Origin: Anthoceros angustus | Lineage: Eukaryota > Plantae > Anthocerotophyta | DNA: 64,000 bases | Direction of reading: 5' to 3' | Assembly: GCA_010909165.1 (NCBI GenBank) | Contig: VJWM01000063.1 | Coordinates: 868,001-932,000, forward strand | Shown here: positions 36,608-49,342 of the stretch, piece after piece | How the letters are laid out: every line of letters starts with the position of its first letter | How positions within the stretch are numbered: the first letter of the stretch is position 1 | Position numbers and translations under genes: made by a program | Notes under the pieces: generated by a model | The model's input: the letters and a program-made list of their open reading frames with translations, nothing else | Databases searched by the model: none | What the model was told of the DNA's origin: nothing

Positions 36608-37612
36608 GGTGGCAAGCACCTTCAAGCCACCGGACAGCCCATGGTTGAGTGAGATCTAGATGTGATTAGTGGCCGCATCATTGCATTGTGCACAACACTA
36701 GGGCATGCAATTGTTCCACGCAAATTTGGACCTTCTGAATCGCACTTTTCTTCTTCGAGTTACCATGCTACTTTTTGGTGCCGGCTCCATGCCTCCTTGC
36801 TCCCACACACTTTAGGGTTCCACCCCACTCGATCTAGCGGTTTGAAGGTATGAGCTGTGGCCTACCGAATTGATGGAGGCATGGCATAGGATTATGAGGA
36901 GATAGAGCTGGATTGCCTACTGACTTTGTTGCTCGAGTGGACGAATGTGTTCGGCATCGCATGCGTCCAGCGCACCGTGATCCATCTCAAATTCAACGCG
37001 TCTTGGATCCTACTAAATCTCTAATGAAGCATGGAGATCACTGACAGCACTGGACTCGGTGATCATAATGGATGTTAAAACAAATCCATTCACATGGATG
37101 ATGTGTACTCCAAAGCTCCAAAGTAATATATAACATAAGCCCAATAATAAACACATCCATAAATGCCTAGTATGTGGATCCATCTTGGATAACATGATAA
37201 AATGTATTTAAATAGAAAATCTAACAACCTAAAATAAACTCAAACTAGAGAAGGCCGCAAGAGCGGGTGGAAGACAAAATATAATGACTCTAGAAGATGG
37301 TATGAATGTGTTGGTAAGGAAGGGGTCCTTTTCACCTCCTCTTGCCTCAAGACATTTCACTTTATTGTTATCAATAAGGAAATTATAAGGGCCCAATCGT
37401 CGGTGTGAAACCGGATCGCAAATGGCCACCATGACATGGTTTTAGGCCAAGTCCGTGTGAAGCGGCGAGGACCAGAATGGCCACCATGACATGGTTTAGA
37501 CCAAGTCCTAGTGCTCTCGACATGAGGGTCGGTGTGAACCCACCTCGAGAGGCCTAACGGCAGGCTGTGGCTGTTTATGGCCCATGGGACCACAATGTGT
37601 GGCCTCCCAACA
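36608..37612 (-). repeat. Inverted partial copy of the 5.4-kb tandem unit (right part)
   Basis: Reverse complement of ~40213-41234, including the duplicated aaaccatgtcatggtggccatt motif and the AT-rich core. Confidence 0.93.
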
Positions 37613-38079
37613 GCAGTCGCGACAATAAAAATGAATAATCCAATAATATCACATAAATTGAAGAAATAATAAATTTATTTATAGATATTTATATAAAATG
37701 GTTTTTATGCGTTTTACAACCATAGCTACAATGCATGTGACACCAAGAATACAAAAAAAAAAAGATAATCCCATAACTAACATATAATCCAGAGAAACAT
37801 ATTTACAACATCATTTGCAAAATTTAACTTGCCACATCAGCAAATAATAAATCTATTCATAGATATTCCAATAAATGGTATTATTCCAAAAATCAAGTCT
37901 TGCACAATTTACAACCACATCTACAACAAACATGGTTTACAACGCCTTTTTACAACATCCTTTATGCCACGCCATTATAAATTCAACAAAATGTAGTTTT
38001 ATTAACAAATAACCCCCCCATAGCTTTCTAAATCAAAAAGAGTTTATGCACAATTAACAACGTCATGTACAACGAGCAA

Positions 38080-38190
38080 GCCATGTCAACAAACCCCTGC
38101 TAGAAATTTGTGTCAACATGCCATGTCAACAAATCTTGTAAAATTGTCAACATGCCATGTCAACAAACCCCTGCTAAAATCCATGCCACA
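38080..38190. repeat. Three degenerate 34-40-bp repeats
   Basis: gccatgtcaacaaa at 38080, 38120 and 38154; copies 1 and 3 continue cccctgcta. Confidence 0.75.
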
Positions 38191-38320
38191 TCATATTAGT
38201 TAGGAACCCTTGTTGTAAATGTTCAAAAACTTACAACAGGGCTTTGAGCTGTAGTAAGAGTGTTGTAGTTTCCTCTAACTAAACTTAGACCCATTTGTAA
38301 AAGGTAGCCCCTCCTTGTAG

Positions 38321-38602
38321 TGGACAGAGCTGCAGTGCGACAATCAGTCGGCCATCGCCATGACATTAAACCCCGTTCTGCATGCAAGGACGAAGCACGT
38401 CGAAATCCAGCACCATTTCATTCGACAGGTGGTGGCGAACAAGCACGCAAAGCTTAAGTATGTGAGCACAACCGAGAACACAGCCGGCCTTTTGACAAAG
38501 GGACTCTCAAAGCAGCTCCACCTCAAGCACACACAAGGGATTGAGTGCGCTCCAAGAGGGATTATCTTGGGGCCGCCTAGCGAGTGTGGGGAGCTGACAT
38601 GA
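38321..38602 (+). pseudogene. pol: Ty1/Copia RNase H C-terminal fragment
   Basis: LQCDNQSAIAMTLNPVLHARTKHVEIQHHFIRQVV...YVSTTENTAGLLTKGL is the canonical Copia RNase H motif set. There is an in-frame stop just upstream and no RT. Confidence 0.93.
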
Positions 38603-38929
38603 AGAGCACCATTGGCATGCCATCACCATCCAGAGGAGTTGTGAGATGGCAATTTTGAATCTTTCCATACTGATGCTTGCATCCTCCTCATGCGCGTGGT
38701 TAGGCACAGCGCCAGCTCCGCGCTGCCTCTTCGGCAACTTCGGCCTTGCAGCTTCAACCCGCTCGAGACTCTCCACTCTTTCACTTATGAGCTGGATGAT
38801 GCAACTCGCGAGCTGCAGTAGCCACCATAGGCTGGAGAGAACACATAGCAAGAATTGTACGCAAGCATGCGCTAAGGATGCCATCTTCTGGAGACTGAGG
38901 TTTTCTCTTACACACTCCTTGTCCGCGGC

Positions 38930-39216
38930 GAGGGGGAGTGTTGTTACCACCATGATGCGCCGACGGAACGGAGAAGTAACGAGTTTAGGGCACGGTTCGA
39001 CTTAGGGCATCATAAGTAGTTTCTACGGTTGTAAGTAGACTGTTACGATAGTTAAGATGGTTTAACCGCTAATCAAACTTGTACATAAGGAGTTCACGAT
39101 ATGAACCCGATATGAACAGTAAGTCAAGAACCACCGCCATACTCCGGATGCGGTCCATATCGTCTGCCTCAAAGTTATCGTTCTCCTCCATTGCTTGCTC
39201 GTCTTCAATAGTATCA
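38930..39216 (+). mobile_element. Probable Copia PPT and start of 3' LTR (LTR end uncertain)
   Basis: GAGGGGGAG|TGTTG at 38930-38943, the typical Copia PPT/LTR junction, ~330 bp after the RNase H frame. Confidence 0.5.
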
Positions 39217-42119
39217 TTCTTGGGCCCACCATCTGATGGTGTGGACCGCCATTAAAGCATCTAGGGTTTAACCCTCATCCAAAAGCCATCATAGTCTTCA
39301 ACCTTCGGCACTCAATGCAACCACTTGGGCTTTAAGGCAATGCTGGATCCTTAAAATGAACAAAGTTAGTTGCCCATGCGCCCATGCAAGCATCCTTAAA
39401 ATCAACAAAGTTTAGTTATTAAAAAGATATGGGTTTTGAACCCTAAACCTATTCACTTCTAAACCTTTTTCCCAAACACTAGACCAACAATCCCAAGTTA
39501 CTTTCTTCCATGTTGTGATGAACCTACACCAAAACGGTTAAGCGTGTTTGGGTATCTACTTGTTTTAAAATATTTACAAGGATATTTATTTACTATTTAT
39601 CCTATTTTCCAATTTTAAACAATAGGGCAAGGTGCTCCAAGCCAAATGCAATTTTTCTCATCTCAATGCAATAATAGATGAAAACAATGAGCTATTAGAA
39701 ACACCCTAGTTTTGTTTTCCAACAAATGACCCTTCCATGCATGTGTTTAGTGAATTCATTCTAAACCTAAACTCACATAGCAACACACCACCATATGCGA
39801 GATTGAGCTTCCACAAAATATGCCACTACTTGTAGCGGTTGATAACAAAAAAGGAACATGGAGGGATCTCAATATCAAGGTATGGTGTACCGTTCTCATC
39901 GGGTTTTATGGTGGTTCACGTGAAATGTTTTCCCGCGACATACGACGGAAAGCTTGTATGTCACACACTTGGTGACATCGGCCACGCAGCCATCCCGCGT
40001 GTATTGTTGTCGGTAGGTGTGTGATACGCATCTTTATGCATAGAAGATGCCAAGGATTGATGCATACTGAGGAGAAAATAATGTTGACACACACAACTCA
40101 CGCCATGATGAGATTAGTACGCATACCGAGTGCAACATCCAAACGGGTTTACAATTGACCCAATAACCATACACACACGGAACTAGAGGCCTCCTATGTC
40201 TGTCATGACCGCTGGGAGGCCACACATTGTGGTCCCATGGGCCATAAGCCACAACTGCGGTTAGGCCTCTCGAGGTGGGTTCACACCCTCATGTCAAGAG
40301 CCGACTAGGACTTGGTCTAAACCATGTCATGGTGGCCATTTACTGGCCCCGCTTCACACGGACTTGGCCTAAACCATGTCATGGTGGCCATTTGCGATCC
40401 CGGTTTCACCCGACGAGTGGGGTGTACCACCTTACTTTCACTTATTGATAACAAAGTGAAATGTCTTAGAAGAGGAGGTGAAAAGGACCCCTTCCTTCGC
40501 ACCAACACATTCATACCATCTTCTAGAGTCATTATATTTTGTCTTCCACCCGCTCTTGTGCGGCCTTCTCTAGTTTGAGTTTATTTTAGGTTGTTAGATT
40601 TTCTATTTAAATACATTTTATCATGTTATCCAAGATGGATCCACATACTAGGCATTTATGGATGTGTTTATTATTGGGCTTATGTTATATATTACTTTGG
40701 AGCTTTGGAGTACACATCATCCATGTGAATGGATTTGTTTTCGCACATCCATTATGAGCCGAGTCTGTATTTTGTCGAGTGATCTCCATAATGCTTCATT
40801 AGAGATTTAGCATTCGGATCCAAGACACATTCAATTCAAGATGGATGCGCGGACGCATGAAGATGCCCGAACATTCTGGCCCACTCGCAACAAACGGAGA
40901 GGCAATCCGGGCTCTATCTCCTCATAATCCTATGCCATGCCTCATCAATTTGGTAGGCCACACAACTCATACCTTCAAACCGCTAGATCGATGGGGCGTG
41001 GAACCCTAAAGTGTGTGGGAGCAAGGAGGCATGGAGCCGGCACCAGAGGCATGGTAACTCGGCGAAAGAAGAAAAGTGCATTGTAAGGTGCAAATTTGAA
41101 TTGCATAACGCATTGCGCATGCCCTAGTGTTGTGCATAATGCAATGATGCCACTAATCTCTACTCAATGTGAAGACATCTCACATCTAGATCTCACTCAA
41201 CCATAATGTCCAGGTGGCTTGAAGGTGCTTGCCACCGCTAGGATGCCGATTCTCTATTTCATTAACCTACAAGAGTGTTTTCTAACTCTTCATAAAGTAA
41301 TACCTTCTTCTTACGGATAGCCATTAAGCCTATTTTAATTTGTTTATTATGAAAGTGATTTTACTCCTTCATATCGGGATGGTCATATTTGTAAAAGTAG
41401 CTTATATTTATAATGTATATCTACTATGATTTAGACTTTCTTGTGATGCCAAAATTTATATATGCGTAAAATAATGTTTCCATCAATAGCTCCTAGGTTG
41501 ATATATGTAATTTTGGCCATGAAACCACGAAATTATGGATTTAGAGGGTTTTCATTTAGATCCAAGACGTTTTACACCCTTCAAAGTAGTGACTAGGAGC
41601 CATCACTATTCCTAAGGAGACCTTGTTCGATGAGAAGGGAAAAGGAAGTCGGCACCAACTTTGCATTACCTTCTCACTCGACATATGCTTGCAAGCCTAT
41701 AATCAAGGTGAGGCCCATACCACTGACTGCTAATTACGATATTGCTCTCTCAAGATGGGAAATGCTAATCCACAAGAGGGATGCATTGCTTAACATGGAA
41801 TTCTGTAATAGGAAGGCCAAGAAGGGAGAGAGGATAATACTACTTAAGGAGCTGTCCAGGGCTAGTAAGGTCGCTTGCTCCCACTATTATGTCTATTTTT
41901 GTCACATTAATCATAATTTGAATTAATATACAAAATAAACAAATCATATTGTCTATATATGTGATATGGCCACATGTAAATTAATTGGTCATTGAGTCTC
42001 TCCATATCCTATTGTCTATATATGTGATGTTGCCTAGGTGTAAATTTATTCACAGACCGAGTCTCGTGAAACTAGTTTGCCAATGAAACTAGTCCCCTTT
42101 GTCAGGCCTTTTCTCTCTT

Positions 42120-43951
42120 TCGCGATCCTCTCATTTTCGACAAGTCGTGATATCAACCAATGCAAAGAGGTGTGGCTTCAGAGGCGAGGCGAATGGCGTG
42201 TGTGTAGTTAATGGCGATGGGAGCAACTCTGCTACTAATGCCGGGTTTGTAGTTAATAGCATGGCTTCAACTTGAAGCCACAGGTGCATCAATCCTCTAA
42301 GTAAGGAGGATGAAGGATGGCGGAAGTAGTGAGGGGGCGATTTGCCCATGGAAATCGGAGAAGAAATGGAGCCCAAGGCTTAGTAATGGTAACGGGTGCC
42401 AACTCAAAAGTGCGAGCAATGCTCCAAGGAATCGAGAAACATGGGCGATTGGAGGCAATTTTGGGGTAGCAAGTGGTAATGGGGCAACAAATGGTAATGC
42501 CTCTTATGATGGCAAGAGGAGAGTGAAGCTTCAGCACAGACTGGGTGAAGCTTGGAGGCCCCGAGCGCACACTCAAAAGTACTCGCCTGTGGTGAGTCTC
42601 CTTTGGATGAGCCCAAGGCCAAGTACTGCCATGTGGTGAAGACGGTGTCAAAATTGTGTCCCTTCAAGAAACCCGAATGATCTGAACTGCTCCACTCGGC
42701 CACTTAGAGCTGGAACTTCATATAAGGATGCAAGACTTGCACTTCACGTTCAAGTGAGGCCTCCGCATGCCGGTAGTAAGCTAAAGGACACGGATAGCGA
42801 GCCTCTTCCACATCAACAGTGAAAGTGCTAATGTGGTGAAGAATGTAAGTCGATGAGGCGGGACGTCATGACAAAGTGAACGCAGAGAAAAAATGTCATT
42901 GTTCATGGGAAGAGGTGGGCGATGTGGGCGACAAACCTCACATGTTAGGGGAGAGAATTATGAATGGAATCTCCAACAAGGTTGTTCGGGCTAGTGAAAA
43001 TGGTCACAAGACAAAGCAAAGTAATGGAGTGGACCGCATAGCCACAAACATAATGGAGTGTTCAAGGGTTTGCGAAAATGAAGGGTGGATCCAAGGCACG
43101 TGAAGAGAAGAAGCAAATGCCCAAAGTGGGCGGATCTCTGCCAAGGTCTATGATAATGGTCAAGCACCGGGCTTGCAAACGGTCATAGTGACGATGTGTA
43201 TCGGGCAATTGAGACTTCTATGGTGAAGGAGTTGTCCAAAATGGTGGCTGGCCTCATAGTGGATAGTAATGGTCATCATGTCATTGAGGCGAGCATGAGC
43301 CATGCATCTACCCCAAGCGAGGCTGCGACAAGCAACGATGGTGAGTGGAATATCACGTTTGGTACTATAGCTGAATGTGACATAAAGGCATTAGTTGAGA
43401 ATACAAGTTCGGAGATGGTGAAAGGAGTTATAGCCCTAAAGCCATCGGTGAAAGTAAGGAACATGTTAAACCTTCCGCAGATTGGTTCAAATAGTATAAA
43501 CGATGATGAGGGGCAATTTCTTGCAAAGGCAATTCCAGAGATAGTGGGGGCAGCCACATTTAAAACAGTTTGTGAGAAGGAGGAGACATATATACCTCGA
43601 GAGATATCTTGGTGCGATCAAGCTGGAGGAAGCGAAAATAGTCAACGAGATCGCACCTAACCGTCATGCGACAATAAAACTTTATGCTTGGCTCTACCTT
43701 TCACTCCTCCATCCGTGACTTATTCTAAGCGGCTTTCCACGCCATGTGACATACATTCTCAGTGCAAGGTGGCCTTGCTCCTCCCAATCAGCCACCTCGG
43801 CCTCGATCGCAGCCTTGACCCCTCTTTTCTCAAGTGTTCAGCTAGTGGTGGTGTCGACAAGGCAAGGGTCTTGGACGGGAAGAGGGTGATCATGAACCCT
43901 AACGCCATGGAATACATCCCAAGGTCAAAGAGGCCCTTGTTGTCCCTTTAA
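42120..43951 (+). pseudogene. Low-complexity ORF remnant of the tandem unit (copy 1) with ITFG and PAM2-like motifs
   Basis: GC-richer ~1.8-kb block of overlapping open frames (42310-42639, 42876-43103, 43196-43660, 43688-43951). Contains GEWNITFGTI (43346) and ends KRVIMNPNAMEYIPRSKRPLLSL*. Confidence 0.55.
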
Positions 43952-44057
43952 GGATCTTTGGGAATTGGTGAGAAAGATAACCGGGCAGAAGGTGTTGGAG
44001 CAGAATGATGGCAAAGATCTCCGAGGAATTCCACATCGTACAAAGATCCATTCGCCA

Positions 44058-44219
44058 TGTTTAATGATTATTAGAGAGTGCAATGTTTGATTATTAGAAA
44101 GTTTGCGCAATGTTTGAGAGATCATTAGAAAGTTTGTGCAATGTTTGATGATCATTAGAAAGTTTGTGCAATGTTTGATTATTAGAAAGTGCAATGTTTG
44201 ATGATTATTAGAAAGTGCA
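44058..44219. repeat. ~30-bp minisatellite (5-6 copies) within each 5.4-kb unit; also 49444-49612 and 54845-55008
   Basis: Consensus gtttgtgcaatgtttgatgatcattagaaa, directly downstream of the ORF stop. Confidence 0.9.
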
Positions 44220-47200
44220 GCGTTGCATTGGTCTCCAAGCTAACAAACATCTTCTCGACGCGATTAAAAGATAAAAACACCACCAAACACAACACGAGGC
44301 TCCTGTGTAGCACAATAATAACACTCACCAAACACAATACGAGATCCCAAGTAGCACAATATTAGCCCCAAGTAGTTCGTGTTTTCTTCTTTCTCTTTTA
44401 AGAAATGACGCGGATTTTATCTCGAAATCCTAAATACCCAAAACTTCTCATGACTTGACAACGGCGACGATCCTGCCTTGAAATACATACTCAAAAGGCC
44501 CCATCTACCTATACATCGATACTGCAGAAGTGAAGGCCTAACCCACAGATGGTACGATCTGCAAGCCTCCGGCTTTCAAACGCCTAACCATTGCACCTTT
44601 TTGTGCTAGAGGCGTGCTATGGTTTGGGTTTTGTATGGCAAAATCATGTGCGTGTTGAGCAAAAATCTTGGGTACAAAAAGGTATCCAACTCAATGGAAC
44701 GAAGAGACTGCTGCGATGATATACCATGTGATACTAAGTGCTCCAATTCGGGAACCATGCCAAGACTTGTGACATTAGTTCCTACCCATCTTGGAACCAT
44801 GCCGGGCCATGTTACAATTTAAGGGGCATAATTAGTAATTATGACCAAGTGCATAACAAGGCCTAATTGTTTTTAGTAGTGTGAAAGAAACATCAAGGGT
44901 ACGAAACGCTTCCATGTTGTGATGAACCTACACCAAAAGCGTTTAAGCGTGTTTGGGTATCTACTTGTTTTAAAATATTTACAAGGATATTTATTTACTA
45001 TTTATCCTATTTTCCAATTATAAACAATAGAGCAAGGTGCTCCAAGCCAAATGCAATTTTTCTCATCTCAATGCAATAATAGATGAAAACAATGAGCTAT
45101 TAGAAACACCCTAGTTTTGTTTTCCAACAAATGCCCTTCCATGCATGTTTTAGTGAATTCATTCTAAACCTAAACTCACATAGCAACACACCACCATATG
45201 CGAGATTGAGCTTCCACAAAATATGCCACTACCGTAGCGGTTGATAACAAAAAAGGAACATGGAGGGATCTCAATATCAAGGTATGGTGTACCGCTCTCA
45301 CCGGTTTTTATGGTGGTTCACGTAAAATGTTTTCCGCGACATACGACGGAAAGCTTGTATGTCACACACTTGGTGACATCGCCACGCAGCCATCCCCGCG
45401 TGTATTGTTGTCGAGGTGTGTGATACGCACATCTTTATGCATAGAAGATGCCAAGGATTGATGCGTAATACGAGGAAAATAATGTTGACACACACAACTC
45501 ACGCCATGATGAGATTGGTACGCCATACCGAGGTGCTTCACAACATCTAAACGCTTTACAATTGACCCAATAACCATACACATCGTAACTAGAGGCCTCC
45601 TATGTCTCATGATCGCTGGGAGGCCACACATTGTGGTCCCATGGGCCATAAGCAGCCACAACTGCGGTTAGGCCTCTCGGGGTGGGTTCACACCGGACCC
45701 TCATGTCAAGAGCGATTTAGGACTTGGTCTAAACCATGTCATGGTGGCCATTCTGATCCTCGCTTCACACGGACTTGGCCTAAACCATGTCATGGTGGCC
45801 ATTTGATCCTGGTTTCACAGACGAAGCGGGCCACTACTTTCACTTATTGATAAATAAAGTGAAATGTCTTAGGCAAGAGGAGGTGAAAAGGACCCTTCCT
45901 TCGCACCAACACATTCATACCATCTTCTAGAGTCATTATATTTTGTCTTCCACCCGCTCTTGTGCGGCCTTCTCTAGTTTGAGTTTATTTTAGGTTGTTA
46001 GATTTTCTATTTTAAATACATTTTATCATGTTATCCAAGATGGATCCACATACTAGGCATTTATGGATGTGTTTATTATTGGGCTTATGTTATATATTAC
46101 TTTGGAGCTTTGGAGTACACATCATCCATGTGAATGGATTTGTTTTCGCACATCCATTATGATCATTGAGTCGGTGCATTGAGTGATCTCCATAATGCTT
46201 CATTAGAGATTTAGCATTCGGATCCAAGACGCATTGAATTCAAGATGGAGCGGGACGCATGAAGATGCCCGAACACATTCGTCCACTCGAGCAACAGTCA
46301 GGGCAATCCAGCTCTATCTCCTCATAATCCTATGCCATGCCTCCATCAATTCAGGCCACAACTCATACCTTCAAACCGCTAGATCGATGGGGCGTGGAAC
46401 CCTAAAGTGTGTGGGAGCAAGGAGGCATGGAGCCGGCACCAACGTAGCATGGTAACTCGAGCGAAGAAGAAAAGTGTTCGTAAGGTGCAAATTTGAATTG
46501 CATAACGCATTGCGCATGCCCTAGTGTTGTGCACAATGCAATGATGCGCCACTAATCTCTACTCAATGTGAAGACATCTCACATCTAGATCTCACTCAAC
46601 CATGTCCATTGGCTTGAAGGTGCTTGCCACCGCTAGGATGCCGATTCTCTATTTCATTAACCTACAAGAGTGTTTTCTAACTCTTCATAAAGTAATACCT
46701 TCTTAACGATAAATAGCCCATTGCCTATTTTAATTTGTTTATTATGAAAGTGATTTTACTCCTTCATATCGGGATGGTCATATTTGTAAAAGTAGCTTAT
46801 ATTTATAATGTATATCTACTATGATTTAGACTTTCTTGTGATGCCAAAATTTATATATGCGTAAAATAATGTTTCCATCAATAGCTCCTAGGTTGATATA
46901 TGTAATTTTGGCCATGAAACCACGAAATTTTGGATTTAGAGGGTTTTTCATTTAGATCCAAGACGTTTTTACACCCTTCAAAGTAGTGACTAGGAGCCAT
47001 CACTATTCCTAAGGAGACCTTGTTCGATGAGAAGGGAAAAGGAAGTAGGCACCAACCGCTTTCGCACCTTCTCACTCGACATATGCTTCCTATAATCAAG
47101 GTGAGGCCCATACCACGTTGACTGCTAATTACGACATATTGCTCTCTCAAGATGGGAAATGCTAATCCACAAGAGGGATGCATTGCTTAACATGGAATTG

Positions 47201-47519
47201 CGTAATAGGAAGTCGCCAAGAAGGGAGAGAGGATAATACTACTTAAGGAGTCATGGAGGCTAGTAAGCTTGCTCCCACTATTATGTCTATTTTTTGTCAC
47301 ATTACTCACAATTTGAATTAATATACAAAAATAAACAAATCATATTGTCTATATATGTGATATGCCCACATGTAAATTAATTCAGTGCATTGAGTCTCTC
47401 CATATCCTATTGTCTATATATGTGATGTTGCCTAGGTGTAAATTTATTCAGTGCACTGAGTGCAATCGAGTCTCGTGAAACTAGTTTGCCAATGAAACTA
47501 GTCCCCTCAGTGCCTTTTT

Positions 47520-49342
47520 CTCTTCGTGATCCTCTCATTTTCGACAAGTCGTGATATCACCCCAACCAATGCAAAGAGGTGTGATCAGAGTGAGGCGAAT
47601 GGCGTGTGTGTAGTTAATGGCGATGGGAGCAACTCTACCGCTACCAATGCCGGGTTTGTAGTTAATAGCATGGCTTCGAACTTGAAGCTGCGGCATCAAT
47701 CCTCTAAGTAAGGAGGATGAAGGATGGCGAAGTAGTATCGTGAGGGGGCGATTTGCCCATGGAAATCGGAGAAGAAATGGAGCCCAAGGCTTAGTAATGG
47801 TAACGGGTGCCAACTCAAAAGTGCGAGCAATGCTCCAAGGAATCGAGAAACATGGGCGATTGGAGGCTCAATTTTTGGGGTAGCAAGTGGTAATGGGGCA
47901 ACAAATGGTAATGCCTCTTATGATGGCAAGAGGAGAGTGAAGCACACTTTCAACAGACTGGTGAAGCTTGAGGCTCGAGCGTCACACTCAAAAGTACTTC
48001 GCCGTGGTGAGTCTCCTTTGGATGAGCCCAAGGCCAAGGGTGCTACCGCCGTGGTGAAGGGAGTTGTCCAAAATTGTGTCCTTCAAGAAACTGAATGATG
48101 TCAACTGCCTCCCGCCACTTAGAGTGGAACTTCATATAAGGATGCAGACTTGCACTTCACGTTCAAGTGAGGCCTCCGCATGCGGTAGTAAGCTAAAGGA
48201 CACGGATGAGCCTCTTCCACATCAACAGTGAAAGTGCTAATGTGGTGAAGAATGTAAGTCGGGATGAGGCGGGACGTCATGACAAAGTGAACGCAGAGAA
48301 AAAATGTCATTGTTCATGGGAAGAGGTGGGCCAATGTGGGCGACAAACCTCCCGTGTTAGGGGAGAGAATGAATGGAATCTCCAACAAGGTTGTTCAGCT
48401 AGTGAAAATGGTCACAAGACAAAGCAAAGTAATGGAGTGGACCGCATAGCCACAAACATAATGGAGTGTTCAAGGGGTTTGCGAAAATGAAGGGTGGATC
48501 CAAGGCACGTGAAGAGAAGAAGCAAATGCCCAAAGTGGGCGGATCTCCGCCAAGGTCTATGATAATGGTCAAGCACAGGCTTGCAACAGTCATAGTGACG
48601 ATGTGTATCGGGCAATTGAGATGCTTCTATGGTGAAGGGAGTTGTCCAAAATGGTGGCGATGGCCTCATAGTGGATAGTAATGGTCATCATGTCATTGAG
48701 GCGAGCATGAGCCATGCATCTACCCTAAGCAATCGAGGCTGCGACAAGCAGGTGAGTGGAATATCACGTTTGGTACTATAATGAATGTGACATAAAGGCA
48801 TTAGTTGAGAATACAAGTTCGGAGATGGTGAAAGGAGTTATAGCCCTAAAGCCATCGGTGAAAGTAAGGAACATGTTAAACCTTCCGAGATTGGTTCAAA
48901 TAGTATAAACGATGATGAGGGGCAATTTCTTGCAAAGGCAATTCCATAGTGGGGCAGCCACATCAACATTTGTGAGAAGGAGGAGACATATATACCTTAG
49001 AGATATCTTGGTGCGATCAAGTGGAGGAAGCGAAAATAGTCAACGAGATCGCACTAACGTCATGCGACAATAAAACTTTGCTTGGCTCTACCTTTCACTC
49101 CTCCATCTACTGTGACTCCTAAGACCGGCTTTCCACGCCATGTGACAACATTACTGTGTGCAAGGTGGCCTTGCTCCTCCCAACTGCCACCGGTCGATCG
49201 CGCAGCCTTGACCTCTTTTCTCAAGTGTTCACTAGTGGTGGTGTCGACAAGGCAAGGGTCTTGGGCCGGGAAGAGGGTGATCATGAACCCTAACGCCATG
49301 GAATACATCCCAAGGTCAAAGAGGCCCTTGTTGTCCCTTTAA
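47520..49342 (+). pseudogene. Same ORF remnant, copy 2
   Basis: MNPNAMEYIP at 49283-49312; collinear with copy 1. Confidence 0.55.

Noticed and set aside
39260-39450. Telomere-like motifs (tagggttt, aaccctaaacc)
   Set aside because: Only isolated single units are present, with no tandem tract.
41780-41880. MHCLTWNC... resembling the start of a LINE endonuclease (WNxRG motif)
   Set aside because: The frame closes within a few codons, or needs a shift, in all three units. No downstream LQET or other APE motifs and no RT follow.
44058-44219. CRISPR-like array (30-bp repeats)
   Set aside because: The repeats are contiguous with no unique spacers, the context is eukaryotic and there are no cas genes. 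It is a minisatellite; its IIKHCTNFLM minus-strand ORFs are a by-product.
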